This document shows positions 1 to 9,072 of a stretch of 40,897 nt of DNA, piece after piece. The translations under genes and the position numbers were made by a program. This DNA is from a virus. Lineage: Duplodnaviria; Caudoviricetes. Where the stretch lies: positions 1 to 40,897 of the IMG/VR virus record IMGVR_UViG_3300037634_005504; one strand, 5' to 3'. Numbering within the stretch: position 1 is the stretch's first letter; every line of letters starts with the position of its first letter. Under the pieces are notes generated by a model. The model did no database searches, had not been told where the DNA came from, and worked only from the letters and a program-made list of their open reading frames with translations.

Positions 1-2
1 AT

Positions 3-2459
3 GATGACCAGCTTGTAATGAACTCGATCACCGAGACGCACAATATTGCGTTCAATCGTATTGAGGAGTTTGTTCCCGACACCACCGTTAAACTTCCAGA
101 CTTTGTGGTTCCAGCTGGTTCCACCGACAGTGAGGCTTTGGTGAAGTACGCGTTGGAGGGGTTGCGGGAACGCAATTTTCACACCGACAAAACCTATGTA
201 GACCGCCTGCGTCAGGAACTTGATGTTATTGACGAACGAGGGTTTAGCAAATACTTCTTGACTATGAAGGCCATTTCAGATAAGGCAAACGAGGTCCAAC
301 TGACGGGACCAGGACGAGGTTCAGCAGCCGGTTCTCTGGTGGCCTATGTTCTGGGTATCACTCAGATTGACCCAATCAAGTATGGACTTCTTTTTGAGAG
401 ATTCTTGCGTAAGGATGCAACGGACTATCCGGACATTGACTATGATGTTGCAGAGCCGATGGAACTCAAGGAAATGCTAATGGAAGACTGGGGCAAGAAC
501 TCGGTTGTTCCGATTTCAAACTGGAACACGTTGCAATTGAAGTCTCTTATCAAGGACATTTCAAAGTTTTATGGGATTGAGTTTACTGAAGTTAACAAGG
601 TAACATCCAGTATGATTTTTGAAGCTACCCCTGCAGCTAAGATGAAGCACGGCATCAAGGCGGGAGTTTATACGCCGACTTGGGAAGAGGTGATGGAGCT
701 GTCGCCCTCCTTACGCGGCTTCCTAGTAAAGTATCCTCACATCAAAACACACGTGGAGGCATTGGTTGGACAGGTTCGTTCGTGCTCCCGTCATGCGGGA
801 GGTGTATTGATCGCCGATGACTTGAACGAACACATGCCGATCATTAGTTCAGGAGGGGTGCGACAGTCGCCTTGGTCCGAGGGGCAGAACGTTCGCCACT
901 TGGAGCCACTCGGGTTTATTAAGTTTGACTTGTTGGGATTGTCAACACTCCGCATGATTGAGGGTGCAATTCGGCACATCTTGAAGCGGCACCACAACGT
1001 GGAAGAGCCTACGTTCGAGGATGTAAAGAAGTTTTATGATGAAAATCTCCATCCGGATGTTATCGACTTTGATGATCAAGCCGTGTATAAAAACATTTTT
1101 CAGCGAGCAAATTTCGCGGGAATTTTTCAGTTTACGGAACAGCGGGCACAGGAATTCTGCGCGAACGCAAAGCCGAAGTCACTAGTTGACATCTCGGCCA
1201 TCACTTCAATCTATCGCCCAGGCCCACTTTCGGCCAACGTGCACGAGCAATACATTCAAGCTAAGAGCATGCCGCACGAGATTGATTACCTCAATGAGCA
1301 GGTGAAGGACGTAACTCAGGAGACCTACGGCTTCCTCATCTTCCAGGAGCAGATCGCGCTACTCGCGCATAGGCTCGGCAAAGACCTGACGCTAGACGAG
1401 GGCAACATGCTTCGGAAGGTGTTGACGAAGAAAGGAACGGGTAAGGGAGCAAAGGTCAAGAACCAACTCAAGCAGAAGTTTATCAATGGATGCGTCGAGA
1501 AAGGAATGCGTTACAGCGCCGGAGAGGATATGTGGGAGAGGTTTGAGTACTTCTCGGGCTATGGCTTTAATAAGTCGCACGCCATCTCGTACTCGGCAAT
1601 CTCGTTCCAGTGCGCGTGGCTATACAATTACTATCCGGTAGAGTGGATGGCTTCATTCTTGGACAAGGAGCCGGAGAAGCGTAAGGAGAAAGCTATCAAC
1701 ATCGCGAAGTCGAACGGCTTTGAGATTGTGGAGGCCGATGTGAATACATCTTCGTTTGTATGGGAGATCGATCCCGACAACCCGAAGCGCTTAGTACAAC
1801 CGCTCGCAGGACTCAAAGGATTGGGAGACGCTGCCATTCAGCAGATCGTCGACAACCGGCCATTCAATGATATTGAGGAGTTCTTATTCCACGACGAGAT
1901 TGTATACAGCAAGCTGAACAAGAAAGCACTGGATGTGCTGGTACGCTCGGGGGCGCTGAACAATCTCATGGACGACCGCTTTAGCGGGCGCAAGCACTTC
2001 TGGTCTGCAGTAGCAGTCGACCGGGTCTACAGTAAGAAGAAGTTCCTGGAGAATATCGAAGAGTACAAGGACGAGGGAGACTTCAGTGTTGAGGAAGAGA
2101 TCGATAATCTCACAACGCTCACTGGAATATTCCCGATGCACTTGGTAATGACCGAAGAAGTAAGAGAGCGCTTGGAGGCAAACTATGTGCCACCGGTCTC
2201 TGATTATGATCCTGACCTAGGATTAGTATGGTTTATTCCGCGCGAGATTATTAGAAAGAAGACAAAGAACGGAAAGCCCTATTGGATTGTTGCAGTAATT
2301 GATTCAAATTCAGTATTGACAAAGTTCCGATGTTGGGGTATAGTAGAGGGTAAGGATAGGATTCATTTGAATCGTCCCTACATGGGTAAATTAGATTTCG
2401 ACCCAGCGTGGGGATTCTCAACCCGATCGATTAAAAGAAATCTAAGATTGTTAGGATAA
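3..2459 (+). CDS. dnaE: DNA polymerase III alpha subunit (family C), 5'-truncated by window edge
   Basis: GPGRGSAAGSLVAY, LLFERFL, YPDIDYD catalytic motif, SRHAGGV, KFDLLGL, IFQEQ, YGFNKSHA; frame is open upstream of the ATG at 18 and most of the PHP domain is missing. Confidence 0.96.
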   Translation, partial: DDQLVMNSITETHNIAFNRIEEFVPDTTVKLPDFVVPAGSTDSEALVKYALEGLRERNFHTDKTYVDRLRQELDVIDERGFSKYFLTMKAISDKANEVQLTGPGRGSAAGSLVAYVLGITQIDPIKYGLLFERFLRKDATDYPDIDYDVAEPMELKEMLMEDWGKNSVVPISNWNTLQLKSLIKDISKFYGIEFTEVNKVTSSMIFEATPAAKMKHGIKAGVYTPTWEEVMELSPSLRGFLVKYPHIKTHVEALVGQVRSCSRHAGGVLIADDLNEHMPIISSGGVRQSPWSEGQNVRHLEPLGFIKFDLLGLSTLRMIEGAIRHILKRHHNVEEPTFEDVKKFYDENLHPDVIDFDDQAVYKNIFQRANFAGIFQFTEQRAQEFCANAKPKSLVDISAITSIYRPGPLSANVHEQYIQAKSMPHEIDYLNEQVKDVTQETYGFLIFQEQIALLAHRLGKDLTLDEGNMLRKVLTKKGTGKGAKVKNQLKQKFINGCVEKGMRYSAGEDMWERFEYFSGYGFNKSHAISYSAISFQCAWLYNYYPVEWMASFLDKEPEKRKEKAINIAKSNGFEIVEADVNTSSFVWEIDPDNPKRLVQPLAGLKGLGDAAIQQIVDNRPFNDIEEFLFHDEIVYSKLNKKALDVLVRSGALNNLMDDRFSGRKHFWSAVAVDRVYSKKKFLENIEEYKDEGDFSVEEEIDNLTTLTGIFPMHLVMTEEVRERLEANYVPPVSDYDPDLGLVWFIPREIIRKKTKNGKPYWIVAVIDSNSVLTKFRCWGIVEGKDRIHLNRPYMGKLDFDPAWGFSTRSIKRNLRLLG

Positions 2460-2460
2460 A

Positions 2461-2925
2461 ATGATTTTACAATATTACATGTTACGAGGAAATGATTTTC
2501 CTCCTGTTAGAGCGAACCCAAGCGATGCTGGGTTGGATTTGAGATGGACACCAACAGAAGTCCGCTCCACCCTTCTGCGAATTGAGCCCGGCGAAAGTAT
2601 ACTGGTTCCCACTGGATGCACATTTGGCATTCCTCATGGCTACATGATGGAGATTAAAAACAAGTCAGGTGTCGCTCACAAGCGTCAGCTTTTGGTTGGG
2701 GCCTGCGTCGTAGACAGTGGATATGAGGGGGAAGTGTTTGTAAACCTTCACAACATTGGCACAGAGGCCCAGCTTCTTGAGCCCGGTGACAAGATAGCGC
2801 AAGCAGTGATTGTGCCGGTGGTGCATGCTCGCTTTGTAGCGTCCGACTCTCCGGACATTTATGGGTGGTACCCCATCACTATCTCAGAGCGCGGCAATGG
2901 TGCGTTGGGATCGACAGGGAAGTGA
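2461..2925 (+). CDS. dut: trimeric dUTPase
   Basis: SDAGLDL, KNKSG, VVDSGYEGE, GDKIAQ, RGNGALGSTG motifs. Confidence 0.95.
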   Translation: MILQYYMLRGNDFPPVRANPSDAGLDLRWTPTEVRSTLLRIEPGESILVPTGCTFGIPHGYMMEIKNKSGVAHKRQLLVGACVVDSGYEGEVFVNLHNIGTEAQLLEPGDKIAQAVIVPVVHARFVASDSPDIYGWYPITISERGNGALGSTGK

Positions 2926-3170
2926 AGAAGCTTCGCAAGGTGAACCGCCAGAAGCGCAAGCAACAGCGTAAGGACGCCCAGGAAGCACTCAAACAACAGA
3001 CCGCTGCTTTTTTGGATCACCCCAAAGAGTGTTGTGTTTGTGAGGAAAAGTTCGAGAGGACCAGAGAAACAGTGAAAAGTTGGCAAGTAACTGTGATTGA
3101 AGAGAGAGTAAGACTAACGTGCCCAGCTTGTTGGCACACGTTGACGGAGGTATTAGAATGTCAAGAATAA
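2922..3170 (+). CDS. small basic protein with zinc ribbon
   Basis: GTG at 2922 overlaps the dut stop (GTGA); CCVC and CPAC cysteine pairs. Confidence 0.65.
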   Translation: MKKLRKVNRQKRKQQRKDAQEALKQQTAAFLDHPKECCVCEEKFERTRETVKSWQVTVIEERVRLTCPACWHTLTEVLECQE

Positions 3171-3778
3171 GAGGCCACCACGCTGAGATAATTGCGGCGC
3201 GGTATAAAGGACTGTTTGATGAGAAAAACTATGGATTTTTTGACGGCGGTCACCCGTTTAATCTTAACATAGTGGGGGTACGGAATTCCGATGGTCGAGT
3301 TAATAAGTTCGATGACTTTCTATTGACTATCTATCGCGACAATCAGAAGCGCTGGATTGTGGATTCGTATCAGATTACCACGGACCCCGGGCTTTATTGG
3401 CTCCTTCATCCAATGAACGTGAACGGGACAGCAATTTTATGCCCTGGTCAGTATCGGGGTGCCTATAAGGTTGGGAAGCATGCAGGAAAGTATGATGCTC
3501 TTTGTCAGCAGGGCGCCCCCATTACTGTCTGGAGAGACGCCGACCGCGATCGTCGGCATGACATGTCCCAGGCAACCCTCGATACAGGATACTTCGGAGT
3601 TAACATACACAAAGCCGGCCGAAATTCAAATCGAGTGGACAAATGGAGCGCCGGATGCCAGGTTTTTAAAAACGAAGGGGATTTCAAAGAGTTTATGAAT
3701 ACTGTCCGTCGTGCCGAAAAGAAGTTTGGAAATAGCTTTACGTATACTTTGGTCAACGGAAAGGAAGTAGTAGGATGA
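3158..3778 (+). CDS. L,D-transpeptidase (YkuD)-like cell-wall enzyme, possible endolysin
   Basis: GVNIHKAG...WSAGCQV fits the H-x(14-16)-S-x-G-C catalytic signature; ATG 3158 preceded by GGAGG. Confidence 0.65.
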   Translation: MSRIRGHHAEIIAARYKGLFDEKNYGFFDGGHPFNLNIVGVRNSDGRVNKFDDFLLTIYRDNQKRWIVDSYQITTDPGLYWLLHPMNVNGTAILCPGQYRGAYKVGKHAGKYDALCQQGAPITVWRDADRDRRHDMSQATLDTGYFGVNIHKAGRNSNRVDKWSAGCQVFKNEGDFKEFMNTVRRAEKKFGNSFTYTLVNGKEVVG

Positions 3779-4809
3779 AAATTAAGGAGACTCTAACATA
3801 TGATGATGTTCTCTTGCAACCTCAATATTCGGACATCAAAACGCGACGAGAAGTTACAATAGGTGGTTATCTTTCTAGTCAGGCACCGCCCCATTATAGA
3901 TGTGATCTCAGTCTGCCTATAATTGCCAGCCCCATGGATACCGTTTCGGAGTCAGCCATGGCGGTGAGCATGTGGAAAGCGGGCGCCCTCGCTGTGGTTC
4001 ATCGGTATAACACAATTGAACAACAAGTGGGTATTGTAGATCAAGCCATTTATGCGGGAGGAAACGCGGCCGCTGCAATAGGCACCACAGGAGACTATTT
4101 AGAAAGAGCACGTGCCCTCGTCGAGGCCGGCGTTAGAATTTTGTGTGTTGATGTGGCCCATGGCCATCACATTTTAATGAAAGAGGCCCTGGCAACCTTG
4201 CGGCAAGTGTTCGGAGGTGCAGTCCACCTCATGGCGGGCAACATCGCAACCTTGGAGGGTTATAATGATTTGGTCGATTGGGGAGCCGATAGCATGCGCT
4301 GTAATATTGGTGGCGGTTCTATTTGTTCAACTAGGATTCAGACTGGCCACGGTGTCCCGGGCCTTCAAACAATTATTGATTGTGCTCGATCAGACAGGAA
4401 CGCGCCCATCATTGCTGACGGAGGAATACGGAACTCTGGTGATATTGTCAAGGCTTTGGCAGCTGGTGCTGACTTTGTTATGCTTGGGTCTTTGTTATCC
4501 GGTACTGATGAAGCTCCTGGAGATGTAGTCAATACTCGCAACGGTAAGTTTAAGTCCTATCGGGGCATGGCTAGCAGAGATGCACAAATAGAATGGCGTG
4601 GGAGAACGGCGTCCCTAGAGGGGATAGCTACCACGGTGCCATGCAAAGGCGCCGTTCGGGATGTGTTGGATGAGTTGGAACGAGGGATCCGAAGTGGGTT
4701 GTCCTACACTGGTGCTCGTAACGTTGCAGAACTACAACAGAAGGCCAAGTTCATACGCCAGACGGGAAGTGGGCAGATCGAAAGTTCTACCCACATACTG
4801 AAAAAATGA
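3775..4809 (+). CDS. guaB: IMP dehydrogenase / GMP reductase family enzyme without CBS domains
   Basis: [30 protein letters not shown] catalytic Cys, IADGGI, YRGMAS; guaB versus guaC is unresolved. Confidence 0.88.
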   Translation: MKIKETLTYDDVLLQPQYSDIKTRREVTIGGYLSSQAPPHYRCDLSLPIIASPMDTVSESAMAVSMWKAGALAVVHRYNTIEQQVGIVDQAIYAGGNAAAAIGTTGDYLERARALVEAGVRILCVDVAHGHHILMKEALATLRQVFGGAVHLMAGNIATLEGYNDLVDWGADSMRCNIGGGSICSTRIQTGHGVPGLQTIIDCARSDRNAPIIADGGIRNSGDIVKALAAGADFVMLGSLLSGTDEAPGDVVNTRNGKFKSYRGMASRDAQIEWRGRTASLEGIATTVPCKGAVRDVLDELERGIRSGLSYTGARNVAELQQKAKFIRQTGSGQIESSTHILKK

Positions 4810-5138
4810 GCGACCCGCGAGAAAATTATTCTATTTTGACATTTGGGATTGATTCCAAGTTGCATGAGAACCTCAAGATAAGGCTCTACTACGATCAGAT
4901 TCGCAACCAAAGTCAATTTTTTAGAATGTGTGTGGAGTCTTACCTGGCTCAAGATAAGTTGTTTATGGAATTTTTTGACACTGCTAAGGTAGAAATGAAA
5001 ACCCAGTCAAAAACGCGTGCTTTAAAATCACGCAGATTACGACAGGCAGGGGAAAATTTAATGAAAGAGTTGGCTTTGAGTGAGGCGGACGTAGAGAATA
5101 TATTTGACCTATTGGAAGAGGAGTTACCTGAATTATGA
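4806..5138 (+). CDS. hypothetical protein, possible ribbon-helix-helix-like N-terminus
   Basis: ATGA overlap with upstream stop; strand-helix-helix pattern ILTFGIDSKLHENLK..NQSQFFRMCVESYL. Confidence 0.6.
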   Translation: MSDPRENYSILTFGIDSKLHENLKIRLYYDQIRNQSQFFRMCVESYLAQDKLFMEFFDTAKVEMKTQSKTRALKSRRLRQAGENLMKELALSEADVENIFDLLEEELPEL

Positions 5139-5377
5139 GAGATTGTGCTAAAGAATGTTATTTGGCTAAGAAATGCTGCGCGAATACGGAATGCCGTCTT
5201 TATATAGATTATGAAGAGGATTTTAATTGTACTTTAATAGCGGTTACAAAACATGGACCGATGACCCTGGAAGAGATCGGCCGCCGACACAACATCAGTA
5301 CGGTGCGTGCGAAACAGATTGTCGACGCAACGTTGCTCAAATTAAAAAAGACATTACTGCGGGAAAATACTATTTAA
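5135..5377 (+). CDS. Cys-rich protein with sigma-70 region 4-like HTH
   Basis: GPMTLEEIGRRHNISTVRAKQI resembles TLEEIG...VTRERVRQI; N-terminal Cys cluster. Confidence 0.75.
   Translation: MRDCAKECYLAKKCCANTECRLYIDYEEDFNCTLIAVTKHGPMTLEEIGRRHNISTVRAKQIVDATLLKLKKTLLRENTI
5370..5376 (+). promoter_or_regulatory. putative late-promoter motif CTATTTA
   Basis: Recurrent CTA(T/A/G)TTA motif upstream of acidic, virion-like genes. Confidence 0.5.
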
Positions 5378-5415
5378 AAGTAGCATAATCGCGATATGTT
5401 AGGAGATAATCGACG

Positions 5416-6465
5416 ATGTCAGATAATAAAAAGAATCTATTGAATGAATCACAAATTCGCCAGTTTATGAAGCTGGCATCCCTGCAGCCTCTCACGCCAG
5501 GGTTTGTTAGCGGCCTCAGTGAGACCACCAAAGGTGAAAAGACCAAGCGTGGCACTGAAGCATTCCGAGGGATGAAAAAGGGTGAAAAGTCCGAAGAGCA
5601 TCCCGGCGAAGAAGACGATACCGCAAAGAAAGAGAAGGAAGGACAGGACCTCCGCAAGGGCGCCAAGGTCCGAGGTGCCGAGGGTACCAAGGGCAAAGAA
5701 GGCGAAGGCGATGCATTCGTCGACGTAAAGAGCGAGGCTGTTGAAGATCTCGACGAGCTACGCACCGGCCGCACTGGCGCTCTCGGCCCCAAGAACGGTA
5801 CCGCCAACCCAGGCCATGGCCGCGGTCAGGGTGAAGCTGCCGACGGTTCTCTCTTTGAAGCGGAGGCTGATCCTGAAGCGCTCGAAGACTACGCTGCAGG
5901 CGATCTAGAGCGAGGTCACCCCGAAGAGGCCGAAGCCGATGAGCTTGAGGCTGATGCTGAGCTCGACGCCGATGCTGTCGACGTCGGTGATGTGGAGGGC
6001 GACGGTCCAACTTTGACTGTTCAACAGGTCGTAGCGGCCATCGAGGACGCACTCCAGGACCTACTCCCCAATGAGGAGGTCTCAGCTGAATATGTTGCAG
6101 ACGAGCCCGAGGTCGACGTTGAGGCAGAGGAAGAGTTCGCACCGGAAGGTGACGATGTCGTTGCCGATATTGAAGTTGGCGAAGAGGAACTCGAAGAGGT
6201 TTTAGGCTTCGGCAAGAGCAAAGAGGAAAAAGAGCAGGAGAAGAAGGACATCGAAGACCTGAGCGTCACATCTGCCAAGCGCACGGCATATGATAAGAAA
6301 ACCGGCGGCTCCGGTGCACAGAAGATAGGACGTCCCAGCCGGTACTCCGTCGACTCGAGCGCGGCCACTTACAAGGAATCCAACGAGAACACCGACGACC
6401 TCGTGGAGCAGATCACCAAGCGTGTTGCTGCTCGAATTCTTAAGAGTGCGCTGACCAAGAAGTAA
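5416..6465 (+). CDS. highly acidic low-complexity protein, possible scaffold/internal head protein
   Basis: E/D/A/G-rich; AGGAG RBS; N-terminal LLNESQIRQFMKLASL; followed by a terminator. Confidence 0.75.
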   Translation: MSDNKKNLLNESQIRQFMKLASLQPLTPGFVSGLSETTKGEKTKRGTEAFRGMKKGEKSEEHPGEEDDTAKKEKEGQDLRKGAKVRGAEGTKGKEGEGDAFVDVKSEAVEDLDELRTGRTGALGPKNGTANPGHGRGQGEAADGSLFEAEADPEALEDYAAGDLERGHPEEAEADELEADAELDADAVDVGDVEGDGPTLTVQQVVAAIEDALQDLLPNEEVSAEYVADEPEVDVEAEEEFAPEGDDVVADIEVGEEELEEVLGFGKSKEEKEQEKKDIEDLSVTSAKRTAYDKKTGGSGAQKIGRPSRYSVDSSAATYKESNENTDDLVEQITKRVAARILKSALTKK

Positions 6466-6474
6466 AAATAAGGC

Positions 6475-6503
6475 TTGACTTTCAAGCCCTCCTAACGTAT
6501 ACT
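6475..6503 (+). promoter_or_regulatory. sigma70-type promoter
   Basis: TTGACT-N17-TATACT. Confidence 0.7.
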
Positions 6504-6505
6504 AA

Positions 6506-6536
6506 AGACTGTGGGTAACCCCCACAGTCTTTTTTT
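6506..6536 (+). terminator. intrinsic terminator
   Basis: 10-bp stem AGACTGTGGG/CCCACAGTCT, 5-nt loop, then T-tract. Confidence 0.88.
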
Positions 6537-6547
6537 ATGAGGTTTAA

Positions 6548-6976
6548 ATGCATGAAGTAACTAATGGTGAATTGATGGTTTTTGTGGTGTTGGGGTTTGC
6601 GCTAGGAGTATTCGTTAGTGTCTATCTCACTCGTATTTTGGAAGTGGTTCATATGTGGCGCTTCACCCAAGAGGTGGTCGCCCATTGTCTTCTAATGTGT
6701 GTGAAGATCATGGAGGATGTTGCATTCCTCTCAGAGGTAAAACGAAAGCACATGGTTGCTTCGGACTTTACCCCCGAACAAATTAAGCAATTTCAAGAGG
6801 TTGATGAAAGAACCTTGACAAACTGGAAGGAATCAGTTATACTATCCTTACAAATGGCCGCTCCACCGCGATTTCGGTCCTTTATGCCGTTTACTACTTG
6901 GAAAGAAGCAACGAGGTTTCTGGACGAGGCTCATCAGGCAGCAATATTAGAAAGAAAGAAAAATTATGAACTATGA
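6548..6976 (+). CDS. hypothetical membrane protein
   Basis: GAGG RBS; N-terminal hydrophobic helix LMVFVVLGFALGVFVSVYL. Confidence 0.7.
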   Translation: MHEVTNGELMVFVVLGFALGVFVSVYLTRILEVVHMWRFTQEVVAHCLLMCVKIMEDVAFLSEVKRKHMVASDFTPEQIKQFQEVDERTLTNWKESVILSLQMAAPPRFRSFMPFTTWKEATRFLDEAHQAAILERKKNYEL

Positions 6977-7580
6977 TACCGATCATGAAGAAGAAATAGA
7001 ATACTCCGAAGAGGAAGAGGAAACTCCCGAAGAGGAAGAGAGCGCTCTAATCGGACTATGTACCGACATCAATGAAGAGTCTATGAAAGAAATAGCTTTA
7101 GGTCTCTTGACACTTAATGGAGGAAAGATACTTCCCACCGCATCCGACGCGGAAGAGCCACGTCCGATTGACGTAGAGTTCTTCATTTCTTCCAACGGGG
7201 GGTCTGTGAATGACATGTTTGTTCTTTATGATTTGATGGAATTGGTGAAAGGCACCCGCGACATCGCGACGTTTGGGTATGGACGTGTTGCTTCGGCAGC
7301 GGTCCCTCTCCTGGCGTTCGGAACCCCCGGCAAGCGCCATGTTTCAAAGAATGCGCGCATCATGATTCATCACTGTTCTAGCGAAGTGGGGGGCAGTCAT
7401 GCTACAATCCGGACCAACTTTGGCGAACTTAAAAAGGTGGAGGCTATGATGATTCAAGCTCTCGCGGATAATTCCAATCTTTCAGTTGGTGATTATTACG
7501 AGATTTTCTCTAAAAATACAGATCAATATTTCTCAGCGCAGGAAGCATTAGAAATGGGTCTTGTTGATAAAATCATCTAA
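6966..7580 (+). CDS. clpP: ClpP-like serine protease subunit with acidic N-terminus
   Basis: ISSNGGSV, VASAA (Ser), RIMIHH (His), DQYFSAQEALEMGLVDKI (Asp and C-terminal signature). Confidence 0.9.
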   Translation: MNYDTDHEEEIEYSEEEEETPEEEESALIGLCTDINEESMKEIALGLLTLNGGKILPTASDAEEPRPIDVEFFISSNGGSVNDMFVLYDLMELVKGTRDIATFGYGRVASAAVPLLAFGTPGKRHVSKNARIMIHHCSSEVGGSHATIRTNFGELKKVEAMMIQALADNSNLSVGDYYEIFSKNTDQYFSAQEALEMGLVDKII

Positions 7581-7583
7581 TTA
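7577..7583 (+). promoter_or_regulatory. putative late-promoter motif CTAATTA
   Basis: Recurrent motif, upstream of the 7608 gene. Confidence 0.5.
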
Positions 7584-7607
7584 GTACTGACCATACGAGG
7601 AATACCC

Positions 7608-9017
7608 ATGGATATTGATGCACTAGTGGAGACACACTTTAAAAAGAACCGAAACATTTTTGGCTTTGAAGCCATCGCCCAACTCATTGAAGAGGTGATG
7701 GATTCGATGGAAGCAACGGGGATCCCTTTGCGCGAGCAAGAAGAGGGCGAAGACCGGGGAAGCATAGACATTAAGCTTCCTACCATTAAGTTCACAGAGA
7801 ATTGGGGCAAGCCCGAGAACGAAGACCGAGAGCGAATTGAACGCTATATGAAAAACATTGAAGGCAACACTCTTACAGCGAAGCTGGATGGTCTCCGTGC
7901 CATCCTGTCGGGGGCAGAGAAAGGAGCTTCCATCGGTAAGATTTTATCTACCCTTATTCTTATTGAAATATTGGCAACCTTAGCTGGCCAAGGCCGTGAG
8001 TTTACTGAATCAGCCGCCGGGTTTATTTTTGAAGGATTTTTAGCAGGCCTCTTCGGAGGTCAGTCCGTCCAGATTGTTGATGTGGAAGAAGCCGAGGGCC
8101 AGGTGGGAAAGCCCATCACGGATGTGGTTCTCAATGGTAGGTCTTATTCGCTTAAGCTGCTGGGCCCCAAGACCGCCGTTAAGGGGTCGTGGAAAAACCT
8201 GATCGGCCACTTCGAGCAGGAGGATGAAATTGTTTATCTTGATGCTCGTCGAACTGGAGATGGTGGACTCCACTTTAGTGAGTTTGTTATCACCCTTCCA
8301 GATTACCTGAAGATTTTTGGCGACCCCTTCAAGAAGTTTTCAAAAAAGTCGCATACCGTAAAGAGCGTGGAGGAACTGCGAAAGATTCTTAGTGGTTTGC
8401 CCGAAGATAAGATTAGGGGGCTGGAAGCCGTAATTGGTGGCCGTATTCATACGCCCGATCCAGACGACGGCCGTCCGAATATTCAAGACGCCATGAAGCT
8501 GCCGGATGAAGAACTGACTGCCAACCAAAAAGGTAAACCATTTGTGTTGCGCTTCCAAGAGGAAGATCTCGGCAAGGGCAATGTTATCCAGAAACTTTAT
8601 GGAGGCGCGGATCAGTATAATGCTGTCGCAGCTGCCGTTCAGACGGGAGACAAACGCAAGATCATCGACGCGCTTAAGCAGACGCGAGGATTTTCGCAGA
8701 AGCCCGAACAGTTTTCTCTTAGCAAGAAGCAGGTATCAGAGCTTGCCACCTACAATGATTTAGGAACGATCCCGCTGGGCGAAGACGCGCTCCGGCAAGT
8801 GTGGGCGAACTATGCTGAGCTTCTTTTGGCTACGGTTGACCCGGTTTATCGCACACTCCAGAAGTTTACTGATGACGTTGATACATTCTTCTTGGGAGCG
8901 GGGGAAAAGGGTGGTAGTCGCAAGTCCTACGGCGATGCAGCGATTAATGATGCCCAACTGTTGCAGAATGCTACAGACAAAGCAGTCCAAGCTGTTTCCG
9001 CTCAAGAAGAAAAATAG
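7608..9017 (+). CDS. hypothetical protein, possible PD-(D/E)xK nuclease-like domain
   Basis: 469-aa ORF with GAGG RBS; GFIFE...PITDV...YSLK pattern. Confidence 0.65.
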   Translation: MDIDALVETHFKKNRNIFGFEAIAQLIEEVMDSMEATGIPLREQEEGEDRGSIDIKLPTIKFTENWGKPENEDRERIERYMKNIEGNTLTAKLDGLRAILSGAEKGASIGKILSTLILIEILATLAGQGREFTESAAGFIFEGFLAGLFGGQSVQIVDVEEAEGQVGKPITDVVLNGRSYSLKLLGPKTAVKGSWKNLIGHFEQEDEIVYLDARRTGDGGLHFSEFVITLPDYLKIFGDPFKKFSKKSHTVKSVEELRKILSGLPEDKIRGLEAVIGGRIHTPDPDDGRPNIQDAMKLPDEELTANQKGKPFVLRFQEEDLGKGNVIQKLYGGADQYNAVAAAVQTGDKRKIIDALKQTRGFSQKPEQFSLSKKQVSELATYNDLGTIPLGEDALRQVWANYAELLLATVDPVYRTLQKFTDDVDTFFLGAGEKGGSRKSYGDAAINDAQLLQNATDKAVQAVSAQEEK

Positions 9018-9018
9018 T

Positions 9019-9046
9019 TTGACATTTCAAACAAGTGTGTTATAAT
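9019..9046 (+). promoter_or_regulatory. sigma70-type promoter for groEL
   Basis: TTGACA-N16-TATAAT with extended TGn. Confidence 0.8.
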
Positions 9047-9072
9047 AACAGTATAAGAAAGAGAGGTGACGT

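Noticed and set aside
3-2459. Intein or intron in dnaE
   Set aside because: Polymerase motifs are contiguous with normal spacing; no intein or LAGLIDADG signatures
4095-4101. CTATTTA copy inside the IMPDH/GMPR gene
   Set aside because: Mid-gene with no nearby start; treated as a chance match
5370-6368. Several Arg/Ser-rich minus-strand ORFs
   Set aside because: Shadows of the low-complexity acidic gene on the + strand
9017-9072. CIRCE/HrcA operator before groEL
   Set aside because: The inverted repeat GTTTGA-N4-TCAAAC does not match TTAGCACTC-N9-GAGTGCTAA
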